From contig CAZJAM010000004.1 in assembly GCA_964544095.1 (NCBI GenBank), forward strand, positions 1 to 58,315: a DNA stretch of 58,315 bases, in the 5' to 3' direction. Numbering within the stretch: position 1 is the stretch's first letter; the number at the start of each line of letters is the position of its first letter. Of this stretch, positions 19,388-27,399 are shown piece after piece. A program made the position numbers and the translations under genes. A model generated the notes under the pieces. It saw only the letters and a list, made by a program, of their open reading frames with translations, ran no database searches and was not told where the DNA came from. This DNA is from an uncultured Anaeroplasmataceae bacterium (lineage in GTDB: Bacteria; Bacillota_I; Bacilli_A; Acholeplasmatales; Anaeroplasmataceae).

Positions 19388-20340
19388 AGTTGTTTTTCAA
19401 ACTGTAGAAGCAAGTTATAAATATGTTTATAATTTAATAATTTTGCATATTCAATGGGACGATATTTAAAATCGTCCTTTTGTCCTATATTATACCTTGA
19501 TAGTGTTTGTTTAACCTTTAAAAAATCATTTAAAAGTACGGCTGTATGAAGTGGATACTTCTTTTGATATCTATTATATTTTATAGAAAGTTGTTGATAT
19601 TTAAGGAATTCAAGCAATTCATCTTTTGCGATATCAAAAACAGTTTCATAAAATCCATTCATCTTCTCTAGTCTTGCGCCATATGATAATAATAAAGCTA
19701 TCATATCATAATCTTTTTCACGAACCGCAAAGAACATTGGTGTCTCACCAAAATTATCAGCACAATTAGATAGAACACCAGACGCAAGCAAATACAAAGC
19801 TATCTCTTTATCTTTTACCATACAAGCTTCATGAAGAAGAGTTCTATGAGTATAATTTTGTGAATAAATAAGTCTTTTATCTTTTTCTATTATTTTCTTA
19901 AGTAAAGATAAATTATGAGATCTCACTATAGAGAAAGTTATATTTTCATCATTTTGATTTGATTTAGTTAAATCAACATCCATATCAAGAAGGATATACG
20001 CCATATCCATCTTCTTTAAATTTAAAGCAAGCATTATAGGAGATTCACCTTTTAGATTTGTAATATTAAGATTACATTTTTCTCTTATAAGGCGCTTAAA
20101 GTATCCTATTCTATTAAACATAATAGTATACATTAAAGGCGTATTACCTAAATTGTCAGTTTGATTTATATTTATATAGTTTTTTATAAGCAAATCAAAG
20201 GCATCATCAAATTCTGCGATTATAGAAGCTATTAAAAGATTTCTTCCTTTATCGTTTAAAATATTAATATTTGAAACCTTTAAATATGCCTCCAAAGACT
20301 TATAGTCAAGGGAGGCAATGTAATCAAATGGGTTATTCAT
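19384..20340 (-). CDS. Ankyrin-repeat protein
   Basis: At least 5-6 ANK repeats are visible (e.g. DNLGNTPLMYTIMFNRIGYFKRLI, NLKGESPIMLALNLKKMDMAYILL, HRTLLHEACMVKDKEIALYLL, DNFGETPMFFAVREKDYDMIALLL). The likely start is the second ATG (20340), 5 nt after GGTGA. It overlaps the upstream 384-aa gene stop. Confidence 0.85.
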   Translation of the reverse strand: MNNPFDYIASLDYKSLEAYLKVSNINILNDKGRNLLIASIIAEFDDAFDLLIKNYININQTDNLGNTPLMYTIMFNRIGYFKRLIREKCNLNITNLKGESPIMLALNLKKMDMAYILLDMDVDLTKSNQNDENITFSIVRSHNLSLLKKIIEKDKRLIYSQNYTHRTLLHEACMVKDKEIALYLLASGVLSNCADNFGETPMFFAVREKDYDMIALLLSYGARLEKMNGFYETVFDIAKDELLEFLKYQQLSIKYNRYQKKYPLHTAVLLNDFLKVKQTLSRYNIGQKDDFKYRPIEYAKLLNYKHIYNLLLQFEKQL

Positions 20341-21487
20341 CATTTTCACCTATTGCGTTAGTATGAGTATAAAACTTCTTAGTTTGAAAATTAAAATCCT
20401 CACATAAATTAAACATATCATATGCCAACATCTTAGTTTCTTCTACATAATATATTACATCAGCTAAATCTCTTGGCTTAAATCCCTTTAGACAATAAAT
20501 TTTATTAGGGTCATCAATATAATTACCATATTTACAGAAAAGACAACATAAAATCTTATTATCTAATAATTTATTAAGCTTATTAAGCTCTTCTGATATA
20601 GTTTTACCACTTGCTTCATAAATTTTACCATTATACTCTATTCTTGAGGTTTTAATAGAATGTATATATGTACAAGGAAGATCATCTACTTGTATAATCT
20701 TTTTTATTGTTTTAAAATTCTCTTCTACAATACCTCTTATATAAATTTTACCATCCTCATAATCAAGTATAGATTTATAATCTGATGACATAAGCGCGAA
20801 GCTATTTCCCGCAATCATCTTTAAGGTATCTAAATCTATATCAATCAGTTGATATACATCATGAGTATCTTCATCTTTCCAATCTAAAAGATAACAATAT
20901 CCTTCACGAAGGAAATAATGCCTTAAGGCTTCCATATTATATTTATTATTGATGCACATTGTAAGTAATGATCTATATTTATCTGCATAAGCTTTATCTC
21001 TATATTTAAATTTAGTCCAAGCAGTGTCATATACCATATAATGTGGCTCATCATAAATTTGCCAATATGTATCAATAAAAGAACCTGACGCTTTCGCTTC
21101 AAAAGAATATAGATTTCTAAATGATACAACAAATATTCTATCTATTTCATCTAGCTTATTATCTCTATTATTCCATATAAAGTTTTCCGCTTTATCAATA
21201 ATAGTTTCATCCGTTAACGCGTCATATGTTATATGAGAGATTTCCTTACCTTCAAATGTTAAGAAATAAATATATGCTAAATGATCTAGAATATATGATA
21301 AATCTTTATAAATAGTTTCTTTAGAAGATATAATTTCTAAATCATCGTATTTAATTTTAAATATATCTTCTGATGTAGTAACTAGGATTTCATCAAGTAC
21401 GTTATCTGATTTAATTTTTAAATCAATTGAAAGTTCTGATTTAAGATTATATTTACAAGACACATATTTTTGAATTTCTAGAAGCAT
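20333..21487 (-). CDS. Hypothetical protein, 384 aa, no recognisable domain; C-terminal Cys cluster
   Basis: This is a long intact ORF in an operon-like arrangement, 17 nt after the 295-aa gene and overlapping the ankyrin gene. The C-terminus carries CCLFCKYGNY..YCLKG..LCEDF. Confidence 0.65.
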   Translation of the reverse strand: MLLEIQKYVSCKYNLKSELSIDLKIKSDNVLDEILVTTSEDIFKIKYDDLEIISSKETIYKDLSYILDHLAYIYFLTFEGKEISHITYDALTDETIIDKAENFIWNNRDNKLDEIDRIFVVSFRNLYSFEAKASGSFIDTYWQIYDEPHYMVYDTAWTKFKYRDKAYADKYRSLLTMCINNKYNMEALRHYFLREGYCYLLDWKDEDTHDVYQLIDIDLDTLKMIAGNSFALMSSDYKSILDYEDGKIYIRGIVEENFKTIKKIIQVDDLPCTYIHSIKTSRIEYNGKIYEASGKTISEELNKLNKLLDNKILCCLFCKYGNYIDDPNKIYCLKGFKPRDLADVIYYVEETKMLAYDMFNLCEDFNFQTKKFYTHTNAIGENDE

Positions 21488-21504
21488 TTAACTCACATCC
21501 TAAA

Positions 21505-22392
21505 TTAATTATTAACTTTCTTAATAATTTCCTTAATTCGTTTAATTGTATCCTTTGTAGATAGCGATATTTCATCCTTCTTAGCTTTTCTTAAACCTTC
21601 ATAAGGAATAGTTTCAACTTCTACTGCATGTTTACGCTTTGATACACTTACATACTTATAACATAATTGTCCTGCAAAGATATCATAAGGCATTTCATCA
21701 CTATTTGAAATTCCTGCTTCATTATTACTATTAAACGCAACTGAATTACATGCGATATATTGTGTATCATCCATATATTCAGGATCTATTCCTTTTCTCT
21801 TTAAAACAGTAAAGTCATCATATACATTAGGATATTTTACATATCCATTCCAGAATGGTACATAAACATCAAATCCATCAAATGTTTTAACATTGATTTC
21901 ATATGATTTAATATAGTCATCATTTGCGTAATATTGGAAATCAATAGGCTCTCCTACTGCATTATAAATCACATAATCCTCATCAACTGGAGTAGTTCCT
22001 ACCTCAGGGTTCTTATGAGCCTTTTTAATCTTAAAAGTCTTATTCTTTCCGTATAGTTTATCAGTTGCGTAATCAAACGCTAATTCAAACTTATCAAAAA
22101 CAATAGGGTCCTCATTCTTCATATACAACATATAGACTATATTTTTCTTCGCTATTTTTATTTCTTCTTGAGCCTTATCTTGATATTCAACAATCTTTTG
22201 AAGCTCTACCTTTAATCTTTCATTCTCTGTATTTTTTAAAAGATATAGATAAGCATCTTTCTTTTGTCTAAGACTATTCTTAGATCCCATGATAATCTTT
22301 GCCTTCTCATAATCACTAAATTCCCAATTTAGTTCCTTACACTTGGCAACGAGATCATCATTCTTAATAAAATCATAAATATTAAATTCCAT
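21505..22392 (-). CDS. Hypothetical protein, 295 aa, no recognisable domain
   Basis: Intact ORF with RBS GAGGTG 5 nt upstream, and the first gene of the three-gene unit. Confidence 0.65.
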   Translation of the reverse strand: MEFNIYDFIKNDDLVAKCKELNWEFSDYEKAKIIMGSKNSLRQKKDAYLYLLKNTENERLKVELQKIVEYQDKAQEEIKIAKKNIVYMLYMKNEDPIVFDKFELAFDYATDKLYGKNKTFKIKKAHKNPEVGTTPVDEDYVIYNAVGEPIDFQYYANDDYIKSYEINVKTFDGFDVYVPFWNGYVKYPNVYDDFTVLKRKGIDPEYMDDTQYIACNSVAFNSNNEAGISNSDEMPYDIFAGQLCYKYVSVSKRKHAVEVETIPYEGLRKAKKDEISLSTKDTIKRIKEIIKKVNN

Positions 22393-22460
22393 AACAACAC
22401 CTCATTTAATGTAATTCCTTTTTATAATTATACTACAAACAAAGCTTTATTATAAGAGGA

Positions 22461-22488
22461 AAAAGAAAAAAGGATTAAAATCCTTTTA
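22461..22488 (-). terminator. Rho-independent terminator of degV copy 2
   Basis: The stem AAAAGGAT/ATCCTTTT overlaps the stop codon and is followed by UUUUCUUUUU on the minus strand. Confidence 0.6.
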
Positions 22489-23397
22489 GTTCTTTAAATA
22501 TTTATCTGGGATTGCCTTTGTAACAGCTAAAGCTAAAGCTCCATCACCTATATGGCATGATACAGAAAGTGATAGTGGGTTCATAACTATTTCTTCCTCA
22601 CTTATATTAAATCTTTCCGCAACTTTCTTTCTAAATTCAATAGGTAAGCATAAATCTGTTCCTGAATACGCAATTTCAATATGATTGTTTGAAACCTCTC
22701 CATCAATATCTTTTAAATATCCACAAATATTATTAGATACCGCATCCATCATAATATCCATAGCATTTTCCATAGTTCTATTACGCATCTTAAACTTATC
22801 AAGCTTATCGCCCTCAATAGTAAGTATTGGTTTAAGTTTAAGCATAGTCCCAAGGGCTGCCGCTGCAGGTGTAATTCTTCCACCTTTCTTTAAATACTTT
22901 AAAGTCGCAAGAGTAATATAGATATCTGAAGCACTCATCATTTCAATAGAAATATCATGAATTTGTTTTGCGCTATACCCTAAATCTCTTAGCTCCATCG
23001 CATCAAGAACTGCTTGTCTTTGAGTTACAGATATTCTCTTATTATCACATACAAATACCTTTCCCTCAAATTCAGGCTTATGTGATGCGCTTATCGCAGT
23101 CTCACATGATTTTGAAAGTCCTGATGACATTGGATAATATATAACACTATCAAACCCATTTGTTAAAGCTTCAGTCCAAAGTGATTCAACATAGGCAATA
23201 GATGGTTGAGATGTTGAAACTACTGCGTTATCATCTTTTAAAAATTCATAGAATTTCTCTTGAGTAAGAGTAATATCTTCTAAATATTCTTCTCCATTTA
23301 TAGTAAAAGGCATAGGAACTACAACTATATTTAATTCCTTTGCCTCTAGCTGTGTAATTCCACTATTAGAATCTGTAATTATTGCGATTTTTTCCAT
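22486..23397 (-). CDS. DegV family fatty-acid-binding protein (FakB-like), copy 2
   Basis: 303 aa. The N-terminus IAIITDSNSGIT is present and the layout is collinear with the first DegV copy. Confidence 0.85.
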   Translation of the reverse strand: MEKIAIITDSNSGITQLEAKELNIVVVPMPFTINGEEYLEDITLTQEKFYEFLKDDNAVVSTSQPSIAYVESLWTEALTNGFDSVIYYPMSSGLSKSCETAISASHKPEFEGKVFVCDNKRISVTQRQAVLDAMELRDLGYSAKQIHDISIEMMSASDIYITLATLKYLKKGGRITPAAAALGTMLKLKPILTIEGDKLDKFKMRNRTMENAMDIMMDAVSNNICGYLKDIDGEVSNNHIEIAYSGTDLCLPIEFRKKVAERFNISEEEIVMNPLSLSVSCHIGDGALALAVTKAIPDKYLKN

Positions 23398-23431
23398 ACT
23401 TTAAAATTCCTCCAAATACAAATCTGTTGTG

Positions 23432-23460
23432 ATTATATCAAATAGTGTATTATATGTCAA
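23432..23460 (-). promoter_or_regulatory. Consensus sigma-A promoter of degV copy 2
   Basis: The minus strand reads TTGACA (23455-23460), a 17-nt spacer and TATAAT (23432-23437). Both hexamers match the consensus perfectly. Confidence 0.65.
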
Positions 23461-23473
23461 GTACGCTTGACAT
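23454..23473. promoter_or_regulatory. Perfect 8-4-8 inverted repeat overlapping the degV -35 box (candidate operator)
   Basis: The sequence is ATGTCAAG-TACG-CTTGACAT. The left arm contains the complement of the -35 TTGACA. Confidence 0.4.
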
Positions 23474-23609
23474 GTTTCTTGAGTGTATATTCATTTCTTT
23501 TCCTTAAAAAGTTTTAATAGACTAAATCATTATTTTAATACATATTTAAATAATACATTATATTTTGTATTATTAACATCTAGTTTATACATAATAAAAT
23601 CAAAAGCTT

Positions 23610-24191
23610 TTACTTTATACCAAGTTTATCAAATACATTAAATAATTCTTTATTATTTATATATTTTATAGGAGTAATTCCAAGATCATCTATTCCTACT
23701 AAATTTTTATCACTATCATCAATAAAATAAATATGCTTTATATTTTCATCTTTATAAGAATTAACACATAATTCATAAAATTCATGTTCTGGCTTGCGCA
23801 TATTATATTCCCATGAATTAAATGATTTATCAAAAATCTTAGTAAAATAATCTTTATCACCATATAAAAGTTCTACATAATCCTTAACTACATTTGTAAG
23901 TAAAGCTAAATGATATTTACCTTTTAATGATTTAATAAAAGAAATCAATTCATCATTAGTTTCTAAAAGCATCTTCCATTCACTAATTATCGTATCCTTT
24001 GGGATTTTAAGACCACTCTCTAATTTATCTAAAAGCTCATATACATTATATTCACCCCTATCAGCACCGTTATAATATAATGCCTTTAATCTTTTAGCTT
24101 CCTCTTCTTCATATCTTAAGCGAAACCATCTAGGAGATATTTCTGTACATAATACTCCAAAACAATCAAATATTATTAAAGTATCTTTCAT
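23610..24191 (-). CDS. HAD-superfamily hydrolase (atypical motif I)
   Basis: 193 aa. Motif I reads IIFDCFGVL (D-C-F instead of D-x-D), motif II is LLTN and motif IV is FIDDSDKN. The start overlaps the upstream stop as TAATG. Confidence 0.65.
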   Translation of the reverse strand: MKDTLIIFDCFGVLCTEISPRWFRLRYEEEEAKRLKALYYNGADRGEYNVYELLDKLESGLKIPKDTIISEWKMLLETNDELISFIKSLKGKYHLALLTNVVKDYVELLYGDKDYFTKIFDKSFNSWEYNMRKPEHEFYELCVNSYKDENIKHIYFIDDSDKNLVGIDDLGITPIKYINNKELFNVFDKLGIK

Positions 24192-25075
24192 TAAACCAAT
24201 TCCTCAATTTCTTTTTTATTTAATCCTTCTCCAATAACAATCACTACATCTTGTCCTAATTCTATTGGTTTTATAGAACTTTCGTTTTTTGTAATATTTA
24301 TCTGGTACCAAGAATCCATCTCTTTAACAAATCCTTTAATCCTTATAATATTACCATAAGTATTTGTTTTAAACAAATTCTTTAATGTTTCTATTTGAGA
24401 TAAAGTTATATGCCTATCCATAATATAGACAGAATCAAATGAATTATTATCCATAATAAGTTTATGAATATGTTCGTATGAACAATAACCAGAATTTATT
24501 ATATCAGCCATATTTAGGGTATCAAAATAAAGAATATCACGCTCACTAATTACTCTATCACACATATATTCTTTAAATATATCGTTAATATAGTGAATGT
24601 CTACTACCTCATCTTTAACTCTTTTTGAGACAATAATTTTAGATGCTTGTGCCATCTCACTTACAAGTATATATCTTCCATCATCTGATAATCCTTTTGT
24701 ATTAATATCATATATATTAAAAACATTACCTATCTCATAATATTGGGTAATATTATCTTCATAAAGTGAATCAAAAAATTCAGAAGTATCATAAATACCA
24801 GATGGTTCTACAACTACTCTTGTATAACCTCTCATCGCAATTGATATAAGCTTTGTTTGAAATCTTCTTAAATGACAATCATAATCACATCCACCCGCGA
24901 CCATATAGACATCACATAAATTACCTACAAGAAGGGCATCTACATTAATTGCGCCATAATCATTTTCAATTACGCATACATTCTCACCCACTCTTTTTAG
25001 ATATTTAACATATTCATTTATAAATGTTGTTTTACCAGCACCTAAAAATCCTGTGACCAAATCAATTTTAATCAT
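24191..25075 (-). CDS. COG0523/CobW-like G3E-family P-loop GTPase lacking the canonical CxCC motif
   Basis: 294 aa. The P-loop is VTGFLGAGKTTFI and VIENDYGAINVD follows. The position of the metal-binding GCICC reads GGCDYDCH. Confidence 0.7.
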   Translation of the reverse strand: MIKIDLVTGFLGAGKTTFINEYVKYLKRVGENVCVIENDYGAINVDALLVGNLCDVYMVAGGCDYDCHLRRFQTKLISIAMRGYTRVVVEPSGIYDTSEFFDSLYEDNITQYYEIGNVFNIYDINTKGLSDDGRYILVSEMAQASKIIVSKRVKDEVVDIHYINDIFKEYMCDRVISERDILYFDTLNMADIINSGYCSYEHIHKLIMDNNSFDSVYIMDRHITLSQIETLKNLFKTNTYGNIIRIKGFVKEMDSWYQINITKNESSIKPIELGQDVVIVIGEGLNKKEIEELV

Positions 25076-25149
25076 TTATATTCAACTAAAGCTCCTTTAT
25101 GTATAATACAAATAATATTTTTTTTACCATCCTAATTTTAGCATATTAT

Positions 25150-25171
25150 TTTATAATTTTAAAATTATAAA
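25150..25171. repeat. Perfect 22-bp palindrome in the divergent promoter region between the COG0523-HAD operon and the MATE gene
   Basis: tTTATAATTTTAAAATTATAAa is identical to its reverse complement. Confidence 0.5.
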
Positions 25172-25235
25172 GTTTGTAAGCGTTTAATTCTTTATCTAAT
25201 GTTTCATATGAGTATAATACATATGGTGATAAAAA

Positions 25236-26615
25236 ATGAAAACTCGCGATTTGTCTATGGGTACACCTTGGAAGGTTTTAATATTATTCGCCCTTCCGAT
25301 GATACTTTCAGTAACTCTCCAGCAAATATATAACATTGCCGATTCAGCAATAGCTGGAAAAATGATATCTGATGCGGCGCTTGCCTCAGTATCAGCATCT
25401 TATCCTATAACTATGATTTATTTATCAATCGCAACAGGACTTGGTGTCGGTGCTGGTGTTATTACATCAAGGTATTTTGGTGAAAAGAATTATAAAGATA
25501 CAAAATCTACTATTTATACATCACTAATATTTACATTAATACTAGGGGCTATAATGGTAGTATTTGGAATTTTAATATCTCCTCTTTCCCTAAAATTAAT
25601 TGATACTCCAGATAATATATTTGAAGATTCAAAAATTTATCTAGAATTTTATTGTGGAGGTCTTGTATTTACATATCTTTATAATGTAATTACATGTATT
25701 TTCCAATCTCTTGGAAATTCAAAAACTCCATTATATTTCTTATTGTTTTCAACAATATTAAATGTATTTTTAGATATATTATTTGTAGGTCCATGCAATC
25801 TTGGAGTATTAGGACTTGCTCTTGGTACATTTATAGCACAAGGGATAGCGATGGCGCTATCACTAATATTTTTAATTATAAGTATTAAAAAAGTATTACC
25901 AACAAATGAAAAAATAGTTTTGTTTAATAAATCTATTTTAAAGAATATTTTAGTAATAGCTATACCATCAATTATTCAAGGTTGTACTATTTCAGTTGGT
26001 AATTTCTTCATCCAACGTTTAATTAATTCATATGGTTCTGACCTTATTGCGGGATATGGTGCTGCATATAAGATTTGTTATATAATAGTTAATATTTATA
26101 CTGCATATTCAAACGCTATATCAAATTATACATCTCAAAATCTTGGTGCTGGACATCTTGATAGAGTGCTTTCAGGATTTAAGGTATCACTTCTTATATG
26201 TATAATATTTAGTGTGGTAATGAGTGTATTATTTATATTAATGCCTGAGATATTGCTTAAGATATTTATGGATAGTGACGCATCAGAAAATGCGATTAAC
26301 TATGGTAAGGCATTTATATATATAGTATCTCCATTCTATTTCTTTATGGGTCTTAAAATTCCATCAGATGGAGTTATAAAAGGCGCTAAGGATATGAGAG
26401 AATTTATGATTTCAACATTTGTTGATTTAATACTTCGTATTATATTATCATATATATTCTCTTACCGCTTTGGATATAAGGGTATATTTGCCGCATGGCC
26501 AATTGGTTGGGGTGTTGGATGCCTATTCTCTTTAGTATTCTTCCGTTTGGGAAGATGGAAAAAAATCAATGGTTTTGATAAAAATAAAGAATTAGTAGAA
26601 AAAAGCCTAGAATAA
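25236..26615 (+). CDS. MATE-family multidrug/oligosaccharide efflux transporter
   Basis: 459 aa with about 12 TM helices. The N-terminus PWKVLILFALPMILSVTLQQIYNIADSAIAG is typical of MATE proteins. Confidence 0.85.
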   Translation: MKTRDLSMGTPWKVLILFALPMILSVTLQQIYNIADSAIAGKMISDAALASVSASYPITMIYLSIATGLGVGAGVITSRYFGEKNYKDTKSTIYTSLIFTLILGAIMVVFGILISPLSLKLIDTPDNIFEDSKIYLEFYCGGLVFTYLYNVITCIFQSLGNSKTPLYFLLFSTILNVFLDILFVGPCNLGVLGLALGTFIAQGIAMALSLIFLIISIKKVLPTNEKIVLFNKSILKNILVIAIPSIIQGCTISVGNFFIQRLINSYGSDLIAGYGAAYKICYIIVNIYTAYSNAISNYTSQNLGAGHLDRVLSGFKVSLLICIIFSVVMSVLFILMPEILLKIFMDSDASENAINYGKAFIYIVSPFYFFMGLKIPSDGVIKGAKDMREFMISTFVDLILRIILSYIFSYRFGYKGIFAAWPIGWGVGCLFSLVFFRLGRWKKINGFDKNKELVEKSLE

Positions 26616-26630
26616 AATCTAGGTTTTTTT
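26603..26630. terminator. Bidirectional terminator between convergent MATE and PAP2 genes
   Basis: The stem CCTAGA/TCTAGG can be extended by A-T pairs. A T7 run follows on the plus strand and a U-rich run on the minus strand. Confidence 0.6.
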
Positions 26631-26635
26631 AATAA

Positions 26636-27286
26636 TTATTCTTCTGTTTTATTATCTTTATCAACTAAATTAGTAATACCTACTGATATGAAATAAAGTG
26701 AAAGTCCTAAAAATATTCCACCACATACATCTGTAATATAGTGCATTCCACTTTTAATACGAAGTATTGAAACTACTATGATTAAAAGTATTGAAGTTGC
26801 AAGTAACACATATTTGATTATATTATTTTTAAGTTTAGATGATAAATAATATAGTCCACCTAAAATAAAGAATGTTGATACAAATACATGAGTTGATGGA
26901 AATGATGACTCCATTTCATGTGTAGGTCTTATGTTTATTTCAATAACTTTATCGAAGAAGATCCATAAAATTATTGATAATACCACAAAGATACCAAACA
27001 CAATAATATATTTATCTACTTTAAATAAACTCTTATTTTTAATAAGCTCATATATTCCCACTACAACTAGTGCCAATAAAACTACAAATGAGAAATAAAA
27101 TATAATATCTGACATTTTATCAAGTGTTTCATTATATTTATATTCTACTATATCATTTAATGAACTTAATCCAACACTATCTAGTGACTCTGCGATTACT
27201 CCTTTATCTACGTTTAGTAAAGCGATTAATAATATGAATGCGAATAAAAATCCACATCCAAGTATAAGATTTATATATTTTTTCAT
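26636..27286 (-). CDS. PAP2-family membrane phosphatase
   Basis: 216 aa membrane protein with the motifs IRPTH...SFPSTH...SGMHYITD (KxxxxxxRP / PSGH / SRxxxxxHxxxD pattern). Confidence 0.8.
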   Translation of the reverse strand: MKKYINLILGCGFLFAFILLIALLNVDKGVIAESLDSVGLSSLNDIVEYKYNETLDKMSDIIFYFSFVVLLALVVVGIYELIKNKSLFKVDKYIIVFGIFVVLSIILWIFFDKVIEINIRPTHEMESSFPSTHVFVSTFFILGGLYYLSSKLKNNIIKYVLLATSILLIIVVSILRIKSGMHYITDVCGGIFLGLSLYFISVGITNLVDKDNKTEE

Positions 27287-27351
27287 TTTTTCCTCCTTCT
27301 TAAACCTTTTAGTTTAATTATATAGTATTTATTAAAAATCTACAAACTATA

Positions 27352-27383
27352 TATTTTAAAAAGGAAGTATTATTCTACTTCCT
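27352..27383 (-). terminator. Rho-independent terminator of the HD-GYP gene
   Basis: A perfect 8-bp stem AGGAAGTA/TACTTCCT with a 6-nt loop is followed by a U-rich tail. Confidence 0.6.
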
Positions 27384-27399
27384 AATTTAATAAATATAA

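Noticed and set aside
20923-21132. A 69-aa same-strand alternate-frame ORF lies inside the 384-aa hypothetical gene.
   Set aside because: It is fully nested in the longer ORF, has no RBS and shows shadow-frame composition. There is no evidence for a programmed frameshift, since no slippery heptamer is visible at its boundaries.
23474-23530. A 14-codon mini-ORF on the minus strand (AAGGAAAAGAA-ATG AAT ATA CAC TCA AGA AAC ATG TCA AGC GTA CTT GAC ATA TAA) lies upstream of degV-2 and could be a leader peptide.
   Set aside because: It lies upstream of the predicted degV promoter -10 and TSS, so it would not be on the degV mRNA. It is too short and AT-rich to separate from chance.
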